DNA from: a virus
Taxonomy: Duplodnaviria; Caudoviricetes
DNA length: 64,000 nucleotides
Reading direction: 5' to 3' (one strand)
Virus record (IMG/VR): IMGVR_UViG_3300037418_002116
A program made the translations under genes and the position numbers. Below the pieces are notes generated by a model. The model worked only from the letters and a program-made list of their open reading frames with translations. It ran no database searches and was not told the origin of the DNA. Positions 27,374 to 38,246 of this stretch are shown piece after piece (the first letter of the stretch is position 1; each line of letters opens with the position of its first letter).

Positions 27374-29368
27374 TTACAGCCATATCACTGGCGTGTGCTG
27401 ATTGTATTGCCCGAGCTTGCGCAAATGATCAATTGCCGACAACGTGCAATTGGCCGTTCGCTTCTTACCATCAAAGGCAATGAAGGAAATTGGCGACAAA
27501 ACACCATCCTTACAAAGCGCATCGATAGAGCCTTTGTGTTGGTCTTCAACCGCCGTTAGAATTCCTGATTTGGCACATTCAATCAGATATTGCGCCATGG
27601 TAGGTTTTTCGACATCGCCGCCGCTCATGTCATTCATAAGTTCACTCTTTCTTGGTTAGAAGTTCCTTGGCCGCATCGCCCAATGAACCGGGCGAAATTT
27701 TTGTGATCACCGGTTCACGACCAGACGCAAAATTTTCCCGCACATTCGCCTGACATTTTTCGATCGTCGCCAAAACGTCCGGAGTGATGTTCAGATTGGT
27801 CGTATAATGGTTATTGAGTTTGGCCGATTCATCAACCGTAATCCTCGCATCGGACAAAGCGTTACAGGCTTGAATAGCCTGAACATAAGCCGGTGTGGTG
27901 AGACGGGATTGAGTGCATGAGGACAGATTGTAGAAACAGAATGCGCCGACGCAAGCGAGCGCCACATAAAAGCACATTTTGTTTAAAGGGATATCGTCCG
28001 GTCTGGTGGTCATTGGTGATTCCATTGGTTCAAATTTTCCCATATTCATCACATTTTTAATTAATTGTCAAGATTGAATCGGAAGCGACTCGATAAAATA
28101 TCGTTCGGCATCCTCTAGTTTTTCGAGTTTTGATTCCGGACCATAGAACATGTTCTCTTCCGAGTGTTCGGCCCCTTCTAGAAACCAATAGCCGACAATT
28201 GGCAAAGCATGTCGATCATCGATAATTTTCACAATCATATCAGGCAGACCAACAGCCTTTAGAGCTTCTTCAAATTTTGGCCTGTCGTTTCGATTTTCAT
28301 TCCAAATTTTATTATACAAATCGATGTTGTCGCATTGAAGTTTGGTCATGACATGAGCGCAATAAACCGTGCAGCCTTTGATTTCCCGTTCGACTGTCTG
28401 CCACCAAACACCATTGACTTGATAGCGGAGCCGTTCCCACTCCCCGATTTCCTCATTCAGAGAATCACACCATATCCAAAAACAGCGTTTGCCATCTATG
28501 GTGCATTCACCAAAGTATGGTTGGCCATCCCAACGGAACCACGTTTTTAGTTCCGTAGGTTTTTCGATTTGTGGTTGGAAATCTGCCCGTGTTTGTTCTG
28601 ATAGCTTAATAATTCCACACACGGTTCATTTCTCCATTTTCTCAATCAAATCGGGATGTTTGGCAATGAATGCTTTGCATTCTTCGACATGGGCCGCAAT
28701 TGCCTTTCGAACATCATCGACAATCGCTCTTGTATAGCCCATGTCGAGACAAAAAAAGATCGCTGAACCAAAGTGCCCGTTATACTCGATTTGAGACACC
28801 ATCGGCAATCTGGCGAGCTTTTGTTCAAGCTCTTCCGGGCGATCTTCCTTGTGCAGTGAGCTAATGCTTTCCGTGTGATGAATCGCTAGGAAATCATCCA
28901 ACGGTATTTCGAGCGAACATTTGTACTGGTATATTTCAAGAGGATACATATTCGCCCTTCTCTTGAAATTGCAGAACGCCATAAAGTTCAGTCAGCCGAC
29001 CGCATTCGAAATCCCACACATAATGATTTTCAGCGATCTTTTGCGCTTGTGGCATATCTTCCATTGAAAGTCCGGCTTCAACCAAATCGAAGCCGAATTG
29101 TAGATTGGAGTGAAAGCCGGAATTGTTCCGGATTTTCACGAATTTCCGAAGCTTTTTGATCATTTCGTCATGCGCTTTTGTCATGGTCCAATTTCCCCTT
29201 AACGATGGCAGCGCATTTCGGATGGTAATATTCTCGAAATGGCTTGCCGTTTTTCACCATGCGAAAACAAACCGTGCCTTTTGGCTTCCCGCAATGCGCA
29301 CAGACACGTGCGAAAAATTTTTGTGTTGAGGGAGCTTCCGACATGATTCGAGTCCTTTTCCCGATCAT
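27374..29368 (-). other. run of hypothetical ORFs (27374-27637, 27642-28052 with lipobox-like LSSC, 28068-28622, 28626-28982, 28936-29184, 29168-29368)
   Basis: Co-oriented packing. Confidence 0.6.
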
Positions 29369-29417
29369 ATAATGAGAATGTAGAGAAAGTCAAGATCGTT
29401 GGGCTTCGATATTGGCA

Positions 29418-29425
29418 TATAAATA
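29418..29425 (+). promoter_or_regulatory. late promoter TATAAATA for gp54 operon
   Basis: Exact match 30 nt upstream of the gp54 ATG. Confidence 0.85.
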
Positions 29426-29455
29426 GATTCACATCAACCGAGAATCTATCCGAAA

Positions 29456-30007
29456 ATGCCATTTAATATCAACGATTTCCTTGCGAACCTGAACAAAGGC
29501 GGCGTTGCCAAATCAGCCAATTATGAGGTTATGATTCAGCGCCCGTTCGGCAACACATCCGGACAAGAGCGTGACATGATGTTTCGTGTCTCGAATTGCA
29601 CAACGCCGGGCCGTCGTATCGAGACAACAGATATCCAAGATTATTCCATGGAGCGCTTTGTTGGGTACAAAACTTCGTTTGAAGATGTATCCATGCGCAT
29701 CCTGCTTTCGGAAGATTTGAGAGAAAAGGAATATTTCGAAGAATGGTTAGACGCAATCGGTGGAAACTATCGTCTAGACCAGTTGAATTCCCAAATGTTT
29801 GATATCGGTTTCTATGACGACTACGCTCTAAATACAGTTGTCCAAATTACACAATTCGACGCCACAGGCGAACCAACCCATCTCCATATATTAAAAGAAG
29901 CTTACCCAATATCTGTAGGATCATTGGATGGTTCATGGGACGCCGACGAAATAATGTATTTGGACGTTATTTGGAAATACAGATTCTATACTTCCCTTAT
30001 TCTATAA
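29456..30007 (+). CDS. gp54: baseplate tail-tube initiator gp54
   Basis: FNINDFLANLNKGGVAKSANYEV...TPGRRIET...FEDVSMRILLSEDLREKEYFEEW...AYPISVGSLDGSW. Confidence 0.85.
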   Translation: MPFNINDFLANLNKGGVAKSANYEVMIQRPFGNTSGQERDMMFRVSNCTTPGRRIETTDIQDYSMERFVGYKTSFEDVSMRILLSEDLREKEYFEEWLDAIGGNYRLDQLNSQMFDIGFYDDYALNTVVQITQFDATGEPTHLHILKEAYPISVGSLDGSWDADEIMYLDVIWKYRFYTSLIL

Positions 30008-30023
30008 CCCTAGAGGATAAATT

Positions 30024-30734
30024 TTGACACTACCTACAATTGCTGTCGCTACTTACACGACAAATTTGATCAGTGACAACAGAAAAATTGAATTCAGACC
30101 ATTTCTTGCCAAAGAACAAAAAGCTTTGCTTATGGCCATTGAAGGCAACGATATTAAAGAAATTGTTCACTCTGTCATGAACGTTTTGAAGGCTTGCATA
30201 CTCACTCCCGGCATTGACGTTTTCAAGCTTCCTTCATTCGATATTCAACATTTGTTCTTGGAATTGCGCAAGCGTTCCGTTGACGAAGTGATAGAGCTAA
30301 AAATGCATCACCCAGAAAGTGATCATTCCGAATGCCAACATGCACAAAAACTGACATTGAACCTCAATTCTGTGACAGTGGAACGTGATCCGACACATAC
30401 GAAAAAGATCAAGATCAATGACGACATTGGTGTTGTCATGAGATATCCAAACTCGAATATGTTCGAAAAGTATTCAGGCGGAACAGTGCAAAATGTGTTC
30501 GGCCTAATTTCAGAATGTGTGGAATCCGTATTCGACAAAGAAAATGTGTATTCGGATTTTACTTTACCACAAATTTCGCAATGGCTTGAACAGCTTACAC
30601 CCGAGCAGTTGCAAGTGATTACAAACTTCTTCCATACCATGCCTTCATTACATTTCGATATCAAATACAAATGCAGTGGATGTGGTCAAAATGTAGAACA
30701 TCGTTTGGAGGGACTATCTGATTTTTTTATCTAG
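30024..30734 (+). CDS. gp26: baseplate hub subunit gp26
   Basis: LPTIAVATYT...IEFRPFLAKEQKALLMA...FDIQHLFLELRKRSVDEV...VMRYP...FFHTMPSL...C..CG..V...LEGLSDFF. Confidence 0.9.
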   Translation: MTLPTIAVATYTTNLISDNRKIEFRPFLAKEQKALLMAIEGNDIKEIVHSVMNVLKACILTPGIDVFKLPSFDIQHLFLELRKRSVDEVIELKMHHPESDHSECQHAQKLTLNLNSVTVERDPTHTKKIKINDDIGVVMRYPNSNMFEKYSGGTVQNVFGLISECVESVFDKENVYSDFTLPQISQWLEQLTPEQLQVITNFFHTMPSLHFDIKYKCSGCGQNVEHRLEGLSDFFI

Positions 30735-30736
30735 GG

Positions 30737-30898
30737 ATGTGTCATGATAGCCTAGAAAATCATTATATGCAGAACTTCTATCTCATGTTCGACTACAACC
30801 AAAACATGGAATATTGGGACGATATGATACCTTTCGAGCGTGAAATATACATGACCATCCTAGCACAACGCATTGAAGAGAGAGCGCATGACAGATAA
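30737..30898 (+). CDS. gp51: baseplate hub assembly catalyst gp51 (53 aa, below cutoff)
   Basis: MCHDSLENHYMQNFYLMFDY...DDMIPFEREIYMTIL.Q.IEE, directly after gp26. Confidence 0.85.
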   Translation: MCHDSLENHYMQNFYLMFDYNQNMEYWDDMIPFEREIYMTILAQRIEERAHDR

Positions 30899-32789
30899 CA
30901 ACAACGGAACAGCACAAACACCATCACAAGGCAAGGTAGAGCTTCCAAAGCCCCCAAAACAAGACATTTGGGGGCGTGATCTTCCTTTGCCAAACGTCAA
31001 CCAAAAGCAGGATGACGAAAAGCGTGATAAGCTGATTGTGAATTCCATTGAAAAGGTCGTTGCCGAAAATTCCGAAATTTTCTCGGATATCGTTAAGCAG
31101 TTCAAGACATATACCGACTCCATTCGTTCATCGAACCAAAATTTTCTATTGAAGCAAGGCCGTGTCATGCTTGCGGAAATGCGCAAGTCGTTTCTGGAAA
31201 CCATGGCCGATGAAGCTGGCAAGTCCGGAGATGAAGCCAAGGCCGGAACCGTCAATTACACCTTGCGAGTTGTGACCAACAATCTGGACCGACTTATCAA
31301 AGAACAGGAAGAAGCCAACAAGGCAGTCCGTGATAGATTAGACAAAGCTAATAAAACCGCTTCCGACAATTTACAGACGGTTCAAGCCGATTCGAAGGAA
31401 AACGAGAAAGATCGTAAGGCCCGTGCGAACGCAGAGAAAAAGGCTGAAATCGCCCGCAAAAGGAAGGATGCCGAAGATCGAGAAAATGAGAAAGAAGGAA
31501 AACTTCTAAAGGGTATCAAAAAATTTATTTTTGGCCAGACCGCAGCCGAACGCCGGGAAGAAGCCAAGAACAAGCCTAAGCGTTCTGGTGGCCTACTCGA
31601 CTCCATGGGGTTGGATTTCTCGTTTAGCGGGATTCTTTCTATGATAACCAAAATTGGGCTTGGTGCAGCCGGTCTATTTGCTGTTCTAGGGACTAAGGGC
31701 ACAGAAGAATTATTCACTAAACTTGCGCCTGTTTTTGGTACAATTATCAAAGATATTACCGAACAAATCATTGAACCAATGATTCAAACGATCTTTTCGG
31801 CTGTTAAGAACATGATTTCGGACAGTATCGCTAATTCCCTTGGCGTGTCTAATGGTCCGGCAACCGGTAGCGAACCGCCGCCAATCGCCGGGACACACGA
31901 TGTTAAACGTGGTCCAGAGGATGCTCAATGGTTAGCTGACCATCCGGCAGCTATAGCTACACGTGGCATAGGTCGAGGCATGGAGCATTTATACGATTTT
32001 GGTAATCTAATGTATGATCGTTGGATGAAGATGAACGATATTAAACACGGTTTCATCGCTCAGCCACAAGAACCCGTGATCTTGAATTCCAATGAATATG
32101 ACATGCAACAGCAAGCGGAAAATGGCGCTGGCGCTCTTGCCGCTGGTGAACGCAAGGCACGTTCATTGGACGAAGCACCTTTGCCATATTTGAAGCCAGA
32201 AATCGACAAAAATCCATTGTCGAAAGCCGATATGCTGACTGCGAAAATGGCACAGGAAGATGAAGCCAAAGCAAGAGCATCACGCATCTATGATGCGCAG
32301 AATGCCAAGCTTGCCCGTGAAGACGCATTGCCACAATCTTTCAAGGATTCCGTGAACAATTTCTTTGGCACAGTCGCAAAGAAACTGGACGATGAACGCA
32401 AAAAGGAAAAGGCCGATATTGCCGACAAGAAATCGCAACTCGGAAATGCCTTTGGTTCATGGGCCGATAGCCTCGAAAGTACGATGCACGACACGTTTAA
32501 GAGCTTCTATGATGCCGTCTCGGGCGGTGCACAAAAGAATGCTTTCCAGTCGATGTTAGACTCGATGGACTCGTTGAAACACAATGATTTCAGCGACATG
32601 GTTGATTCAATGGATAAATACAAAGCTACAACTAACAAGATGAAGGCGGCTTCACAAATGAAACAAGCGCCAACACCTATTATAGTTCAAGCACCAAGTA
32701 CAGTCAATCAGTCAACAACCGTATCGAATGGAACGACAATCAATTCTTCTGTTTCTGTAGGAAACAATAGAAAGTTCCTTGGAAGATAA
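30888..32789 (+). CDS. gp29: baseplate hub / tail tape-measure gp29-like
   Basis: About 633 aa, coiled-coil with a hydrophobic patch; C-terminal APTPIIVQAPSTVN; follows gp26-gp51. Confidence 0.7.
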   Translation: MTDNNNGTAQTPSQGKVELPKPPKQDIWGRDLPLPNVNQKQDDEKRDKLIVNSIEKVVAENSEIFSDIVKQFKTYTDSIRSSNQNFLLKQGRVMLAEMRKSFLETMADEAGKSGDEAKAGTVNYTLRVVTNNLDRLIKEQEEANKAVRDRLDKANKTASDNLQTVQADSKENEKDRKARANAEKKAEIARKRKDAEDRENEKEGKLLKGIKKFIFGQTAAERREEAKNKPKRSGGLLDSMGLDFSFSGILSMITKIGLGAAGLFAVLGTKGTEELFTKLAPVFGTIIKDITEQIIEPMIQTIFSAVKNMISDSIANSLGVSNGPATGSEPPPIAGTHDVKRGPEDAQWLADHPAAIATRGIGRGMEHLYDFGNLMYDRWMKMNDIKHGFIAQPQEPVILNSNEYDMQQQAENGAGALAAGERKARSLDEAPLPYLKPEIDKNPLSKADMLTAKMAQEDEAKARASRIYDAQNAKLAREDALPQSFKDSVNNFFGTVAKKLDDERKKEKADIADKKSQLGNAFGSWADSLESTMHDTFKSFYDAVSGGAQKNAFQSMLDSMDSLKHNDFSDMVDSMDKYKATTNKMKAASQMKQAPTPIIVQAPSTVNQSTTVSNGTTINSSVSVGNNRKFLGR

Positions 32790-33398
32790 ATGCAATATTG
32801 TACATATTTGACTCTGTATAGAGGAAATAAGTTACCTCCATTTTATATTGGATATACCTCAATCGCAAAGATAGAACGTGGCTATAGAGGAACAGTTACA
32901 TCGAAGCAGTACAAATTAATATGGAAACAAGAGCTTAGAGATAATCCAAATCTATTTAAAACAGTGATTATCTCTAATCATGATTCAAAAGAACAAGCTA
33001 AGCAACGTGAAACAGAACTTCAAAGTTACTTTTCTGTTCACACTAACCCAATGTACATCAATAAAATAATAAGTGGAGCATTACTATTTGCTCCCGGTCA
33101 TTCAGAAGCTACTAAACAAAAAATCCGATTAACAAAATTGGGTTCTAAAAATCCATTCTATGGGAAGACACATTCAGAAAAAGTTAGAAGTAATATTTCC
33201 AATAGTGCCAAAAATAAATCAGATAAACATAGAACAAAATTATCGGCCAAAATCAAGCTTTTGAACGCAAATAAACGCAAATCCATAACGGATGGATACA
33301 CAACTTTTGACAGTGTAAATGAATGCGCTAAATATTACAACATACATAGAAGGTCTGTTCTTAGAAAAGTACACGCCGGGCAATTTAGGTATCTGTAA
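32790..33398 (+). mobile_element. free-standing GIY-YIG (Seg-like) homing endonuclease with NUMOD3 motifs
   Basis: YCTYLTLYRGNKLPPFYIGYTS...RETELQ...YINK; GHSEATKQKI and GSKNPFYGKTHSEKVR; AT-rich. Confidence 0.85.
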
Positions 33399-34117
33399 TG
33401 CCATCATATACAATTCAAAAAATTCTTGAAGATGCCGCCAAAAAGAACCAAATCTTTCAAAAAAATGAGGAATCCCATAAGTGGTTTTACGAAAGAAGTA
33501 GAAGAACACTAACCAGTTCTTCTAAGCTCATTCGTGAATACTCTCAATCAGATTTGAGAACCACAACACAACTTCAAATTGGTTGTCTTTATTTCTTCTT
33601 TTATGACCCTAAGTGGAAAGACGAGCTACCATATTATGATCGCTTTCCATGCGTGTTTCTGACTGATGTTTGGAAGGATGCAGGCGGGCGCACACAGGTT
33701 GCCGGATTGAACCTCCACTATCTTCCCTACAAACAGCGAGCATTGCTGATGGATGCATTGTTGGACCTAGAAAACAATGCCACGCTCACGAAAGATAAGA
33801 AGCTCAAAATTTCGTATGGCATTTTGAAGAAAGCGGCAGCTTCGAAGTGGTTTCGGCCAACATACAAGCGCTATCTCAAATCACATGTCCGCTCACGTCT
33901 TGTCAAAGTTCCTTATGAGGAATGGACAGTAGCGGCATTCCTACCAGTTCAAGAATTCGAAAAGGCCACGACACGTGATGTTTGGGCCGATTCCGTTCGC
34001 CGGATTCAAGGCAAACCAAGAAAGGCTAAACCACGTTCAGGCAATACCAGTTCCGTTAAGCCAGCTTCGGTGCCATCAGTGAAACCAAGACGAAATAGAA
34101 ATACACCAACGAAATGA
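33398..34117 (+). CDS. gp2: DNA end protector gp2
   Basis: G.LYFFFYDPKWKDELPYYDRFP...GLNLHYLP...R..L.D.L...YKRYL.SHVRS...W..A.FLPV..F.KA. Confidence 0.92.
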   Translation: MPSYTIQKILEDAAKKNQIFQKNEESHKWFYERSRRTLTSSSKLIREYSQSDLRTTTQLQIGCLYFFFYDPKWKDELPYYDRFPCVFLTDVWKDAGGRTQVAGLNLHYLPYKQRALLMDALLDLENNATLTKDKKLKISYGILKKAAASKWFRPTYKRYLKSHVRSRLVKVPYEEWTVAAFLPVQEFEKATTRDVWADSVRRIQGKPRKAKPRSGNTSSVKPASVPSVKPRRNRNTPTK

Positions 34118-34791
34118 AAGGTTTCTTTATCACCAACATAGAGAATTCAGCTTCTTACCAGATTGGGAAAGCAAATGTTGCCAGAGCTAACGACTTTGGC
34201 AACTTGAAAGCTGAAATATTTGAAGGTGTTAAAGGGAGCGAAGCCTATCCTATTTTCGAAAAAGAGAAAATAAAATTTCTCGATATCAAGTACCAATCAG
34301 AGCTTTTCAAAGAACGCAACAAAGAGAAAAAATACGATGAACAACCCGGTCAGGCTGGTTGTTTCGCTTCTCACTATTTGTTGTGGAAAAAATGCATAGA
34401 CTTAAACGAGACTATTGGTATTTTCGAATATGACGCCAAACAAACAAGAACTTTGCCAAAGAATATAGATTTTGAATCGATATTACACCTTGGCGGTTGG
34501 CATCCCATCAAAGATCAAGATGATGCAACTCTTATAAATGGAACAAGAGGATTGCACGAATACTTGGGTTACAATCGTTGGGGTTTCAAAAATGTAATGA
34601 TTGGATTGTATGCTTATCTATTGAAGCCGAATGCAGCAAAGATATTGGTAAAAACAGCAAAAACAAAGGGTTGGTTTCCGGCTGATAGATTTATGTCAAC
34701 AGACATAATTCAAATGAAAAAGCAAACATATAGTCCATTTCTATTTACAGCCGTTCCAATAATGAGTTTAACAGGTAACTATAATGTATAA
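34114..34791 (+). CDS. glycosyltransferase family 25-like
   Basis: FITN; GCFASHYLLWKKCI...IFEYDA; GLYAYLLKPNAAKILV...PADRF. Confidence 0.75.
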   Translation: MKGFFITNIENSASYQIGKANVARANDFGNLKAEIFEGVKGSEAYPIFEKEKIKFLDIKYQSELFKERNKEKKYDEQPGQAGCFASHYLLWKKCIDLNETIGIFEYDAKQTRTLPKNIDFESILHLGGWHPIKDQDDATLINGTRGLHEYLGYNRWGFKNVMIGLYAYLLKPNAAKILVKTAKTKGWFPADRFMSTDIIQMKKQTYSPFLFTAVPIMSLTGNYNV

Positions 34792-36367
34792 TGGCATCGA
34801 ATTTCTAAGGGGCACGGGCGAGCAAATCGACTATACCCCGGAGATGCAAGCAGAAATCGTAAGATGTTACAACAGTTATGAGTATTTCGTAGAGAATTAC
34901 ATTAAGATTGACGATAACTCTGGTAATCTCAATCTAATCAAGCTGTATGACTATCAAAAGCGACTACTTAAGCTTATTCACTCAAACAAATTCGTTATTT
35001 GTAAGTTCCCTCGCCAGTGCGGTAAGACTACTTCGATGGCGACCTATATTGTTTGGTGTATCATCTTCAAAAAGCGTTTCAAGGTTGGTGTTGCCGCCGA
35101 TAAGGACGAAACGGCGACCGAAATTATGGACCGTGTGAAGACTGCTTACGAAAATCTGCCATATTGGATGCAACAAGGCGTCAAGAAATGGGACGCTCAC
35201 AAGGTCGTGCTTGAAAACGGCTCCCGTGTGGACGCTTCCGCTACCACCAAGAAAACCATGCGTGGTAAGACCTACAATCTTGTTTTGCTTGACGAATTTG
35301 CGTTCGTGGACCAGAACATCGCTGACCCATTCTTTACCGCTATCTACCCCGTTATTTCGAAGAATGATCCGACCAAGCGTATCGAGGAACAGACCAAACT
35401 TATCATCATCTCGACACCTAACGGCATGAATCACTTCCACAAGCTCTATGTGGAAGCCGAAAAGAAACAGAACACGTTTAAGAACATTGAAATTCGCTGG
35501 TACGAAGTGCCGGGCCGTGATGAAAAGTTCAAACAAGAAACAATCCGGAACATTGGCGACGACCGTTGGGAACAAGAATATGACGGCTCATTCCTTGGTG
35601 CCTCCACCAGCTTGATTCCGCCTAAGAAGCTGAAAACGCTTACTTGGGAAACACCGTTCGAAACATTCGAGGATATGGAATTTTATCGCCAGCCCGAGCC
35701 CGGTCACACATACTTCATTTCCGTTGACGTGTGCCGTGGTCGTGGTCTGGACTATCACGCTATGTCGATCATCGATATCACGCAACTGCCATATGTTGTG
35801 TGCGCCACCTATCACAACAATATGCTGGATACGATGTTGTATCCGACTCTGATTGTGAACATGGCTAAGCGCTACAATGAAGCGTTTGTGCTAATCGAAT
35901 TGAACGACATTGGTAAGCAAGTCGCTGATATCTGTGTTGAATTGGAATATGAAAATATGCTTTCAACCGTGACCAAAGGACGCTCCGGACAGGTGTTGAC
36001 GGTTGAATCGGGTAACGCCATGGGTCTAACCATGTCGAAGCCGGTGAAATCCACAGGCTGTTCTAACCTTAAGTCATTGATTGTAAACGATCAATTGATC
36101 CTGAATGACTACAAATACATTCAGGAATTGACCACGTTTGAAATTGCTTCTGGCCAGTACAAAGCGGCCCCCGGTGCGCATGACGATATGGTCATGTCTC
36201 TTGTGACATTTGCGTGGGCAACGACCGAAGTTTACTTCCAAGATTTGTTGGATGCTAACATTCGTGAAATGCTCTTCACAAAGCGCATCCAACAAATGGA
36301 AGATGACTTGGTGCCTGTAGGATTTCTAGGCGATATGAGCGGTGATGATACGCCAGTTGATTTTTAA
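34784..36367 (+). CDS. gp17: terminase large subunit gp17
   Basis: LYDYQ; Walker A FPRQCGKTT; Walker B LVLLDEFAF; ISTPNG; nuclease SVDVCRGRGLDY; GAHDDMVMSL. Confidence 0.97.
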   Translation: MYNGIEFLRGTGEQIDYTPEMQAEIVRCYNSYEYFVENYIKIDDNSGNLNLIKLYDYQKRLLKLIHSNKFVICKFPRQCGKTTSMATYIVWCIIFKKRFKVGVAADKDETATEIMDRVKTAYENLPYWMQQGVKKWDAHKVVLENGSRVDASATTKKTMRGKTYNLVLLDEFAFVDQNIADPFFTAIYPVISKNDPTKRIEEQTKLIIISTPNGMNHFHKLYVEAEKKQNTFKNIEIRWYEVPGRDEKFKQETIRNIGDDRWEQEYDGSFLGASTSLIPPKKLKTLTWETPFETFEDMEFYRQPEPGHTYFISVDVCRGRGLDYHAMSIIDITQLPYVVCATYHNNMLDTMLYPTLIVNMAKRYNEAFVLIELNDIGKQVADICVELEYENMLSTVTKGRSGQVLTVESGNAMGLTMSKPVKSTGCSNLKSLIVNDQLILNDYKYIQELTTFEIASGQYKAAPGAHDDMVMSLVTFAWATTEVYFQDLLDANIREMLFTKRIQQMEDDLVPVGFLGDMSGDDTPVDF

Positions 36368-36798
36368 TCAACAAACTTGATCAACTCACCCTCAACGGTA
36401 TCTATCCACAAGACGGCTTTTTGCGCTCCGATTTTCATGGTTGAAACAAACCATTTGTCTGGGTTTGAATGACCAAGGTTATCACAAATAATCCAGTCAA
36501 ATGGCTTCTCTCGATGAATAACCTTTTGTAGCCAAAACTGGTAACCGCCAGACTTTGGCATAACAGTTACCTTTTCAGATATGCCGTAACCTTCCATGAT
36601 ATATGGTCTGCACTCGATATAAAGGACATTTAGCCCTTCATCAGTCAGCTTGTTGGCATATTTTGCCATCCAAGTTGATGCTCCACACATGCGAGGCAAA
36701 GCAAACTTCCACAATCGCTTTGTATCACCATGAATTTCTTCTGTCAGGCGAATTCTCTTCTCAATTGCATCGAATACAGATGTATCAAAAGTGTCCAT
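36364..36798 (-). CDS. small degenerate P-loop protein resembling a terminase ATPase
   Basis: From MDTFDTS: FALPRMCGASTW (compare gp17 FPRQCGKTT) and FDWIICDN. Confidence 0.55.
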   Translation of the reverse strand: MDTFDTSVFDAIEKRIRLTEEIHGDTKRLWKFALPRMCGASTWMAKYANKLTDEGLNVLYIECRPYIMEGYGISEKVTVMPKSGGYQFWLQKVIHREKPFDWIICDNLGHSNPDKWFVSTMKIGAQKAVLWIDTVEGELIKFVD

Positions 36799-37545
36799 TG
36801 ATCGTAAAATGCCTTTTAACGTTATCGGGAATATCATTCCATTGCGAAGAACGCATGGAAATATGATTCAGATACCGACTGTTCATGAAACCATTATGAA
36901 AATAGCCAATGATCAGTGCCAATTCATATGTCGTTATGTCTTCTTTTGGTTTATATTTGACCGAAATTGATTTGTCGAACAATCCAGTCACTACAGATTT
37001 GTTCGAACCTTCGATATGATCACCCAAACCAACAAATCTCCATCAGAGGAAGTTTTGCGGCGTCGAATGATTTACCTTGATCGGTGAATTTCTTACGGCG
37101 AAGTTCGATTTGCTTTTCTGTCAAACCAATCCAGTGCGCCGTATATTCGATATTGTTCGAACCCAAATACTTGATTAATTTATCGAGTTTGTCGAAATTA
37201 GCTTCGTTGAAGAATCTTGTTTGCATCTTCTCTGTTGTCGTCCTTTCCAATGAAGAATAAACCAGACATGGTTGCGAGTTGTGTGATGAAGAATACTTTC
37301 ACCGTTTCTTCTTCAAATGGTGACGTATATTCATCATACATTAGTCCAAATATTTGTACACCGTTGTCGTCGAGGTGATACAATTCAAAAAACACATCAT
37401 GCTGAATAGAATTACAACAAAGAATAGTTCCCTCAAACCCTTTTCTGATTGTTGTTATCACATCTTCGTCTGTACCAGTGAATTTTGTTATTTCTATGAT
37501 GCGCTTGTTGTTATAGCGCCCGATTAGGTCGTGAATTTTTGCCAT
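36785..37545 (-). other. three hypothetical ORFs (36785-37027, 37020-37250, 37198-37545)
   Basis: Co-oriented overlapping ORFs. Confidence 0.6.
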
Positions 37546-37604
37546 TTGATAGCCTCTTTCTTATTGTTTGGAACATTGTAAATGTTCTTAGTGAGCTAAA
37601 CATA

Positions 37605-38246
37605 TCAAACACCAAACTCTTCTTTGAATTGCTGTCTAAGCTTGGCAAATTCTAATAATCGATCCTTCGTATGTCCTTGAAAAACTTGAAGTGTTCCGAA
37701 TTCATCAACCACAAGAATACGATACTTATTTATGGAAATACCGGTGCGTTCCCGAAACATTTCGGCATACACATTTACTTGCATTCGATAGCCTTCGACG
37801 TATTCGGCCTTCTTTTCTTTCGTGGTTCCCTTGAAATCCACAATTTCAGGCTCTTCGAACACGCCCATTAGATCGGTGCGCCCGGCTGTTTTCAGTCGTT
37901 TGGAGTACAATGGTGTTTCAATGCACCATGCCTCTTTCATGTTGTCGTCAAGATGCTTGCGAAGCGTATTGAACAACGACCGGTGAAACGGAGTCGGTGG
38001 CGATACCGGTTGGCCAGAGATATAATCCTCCATCATCTTGTGAATGATGTTGCCACGTTCCGCCGCTCGATTGCGGGTAAATTCCGCCTTCTCTTCGCCT
38101 AGACGCTTACGCCACTTTTCGAGCCCTTCCTTGGCCCGGAGCGCCAGCACGGTCGTGACACTTGGAAACTTACCATCTGGTGTGATGTAAAAGCGCTTTC
38201 CATCTTCCTGAACCGATTGGATATCGGGTAAATTGAAATCTCTCAA
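37605..38246 (-). CDS. PD-(D/E)xK exonuclease (RecB/Cas4-like)
   Basis: FPSVTTVL...W.KR.GEE.A...RG..IH...E..; ETPLYS...AGRTD...IVDFK. Confidence 0.85.
   Translation of the reverse strand: MRDFNLPDIQSVQEDGKRFYITPDGKFPSVTTVLALRAKEGLEKWRKRLGEEKAEFTRNRAAERGNIIHKMMEDYISGQPVSPPTPFHRSLFNTLRKHLDDNMKEAWCIETPLYSKRLKTAGRTDLMGVFEEPEIVDFKGTTKEKKAEYVEGYRMQVNVYAEMFRERTGISINKYRILVVDEFGTLQVFQGHTKDRLLEFAKLRQQFKEEFGV

Noticed and set aside
34982-35575. Long antisense ORFs (e.g. 34982..35575, 44752..45282, 10109..10645, 42960..43508, 45687..46142)
   Set aside because: Shadows of well-supported genes on the opposite strand; no SD or family signal.
37605-38246. Cas4 as part of a CRISPR system
   Set aside because: Stand-alone phage exonuclease; no Fe-S Cys cluster pattern, array or cas neighbours.
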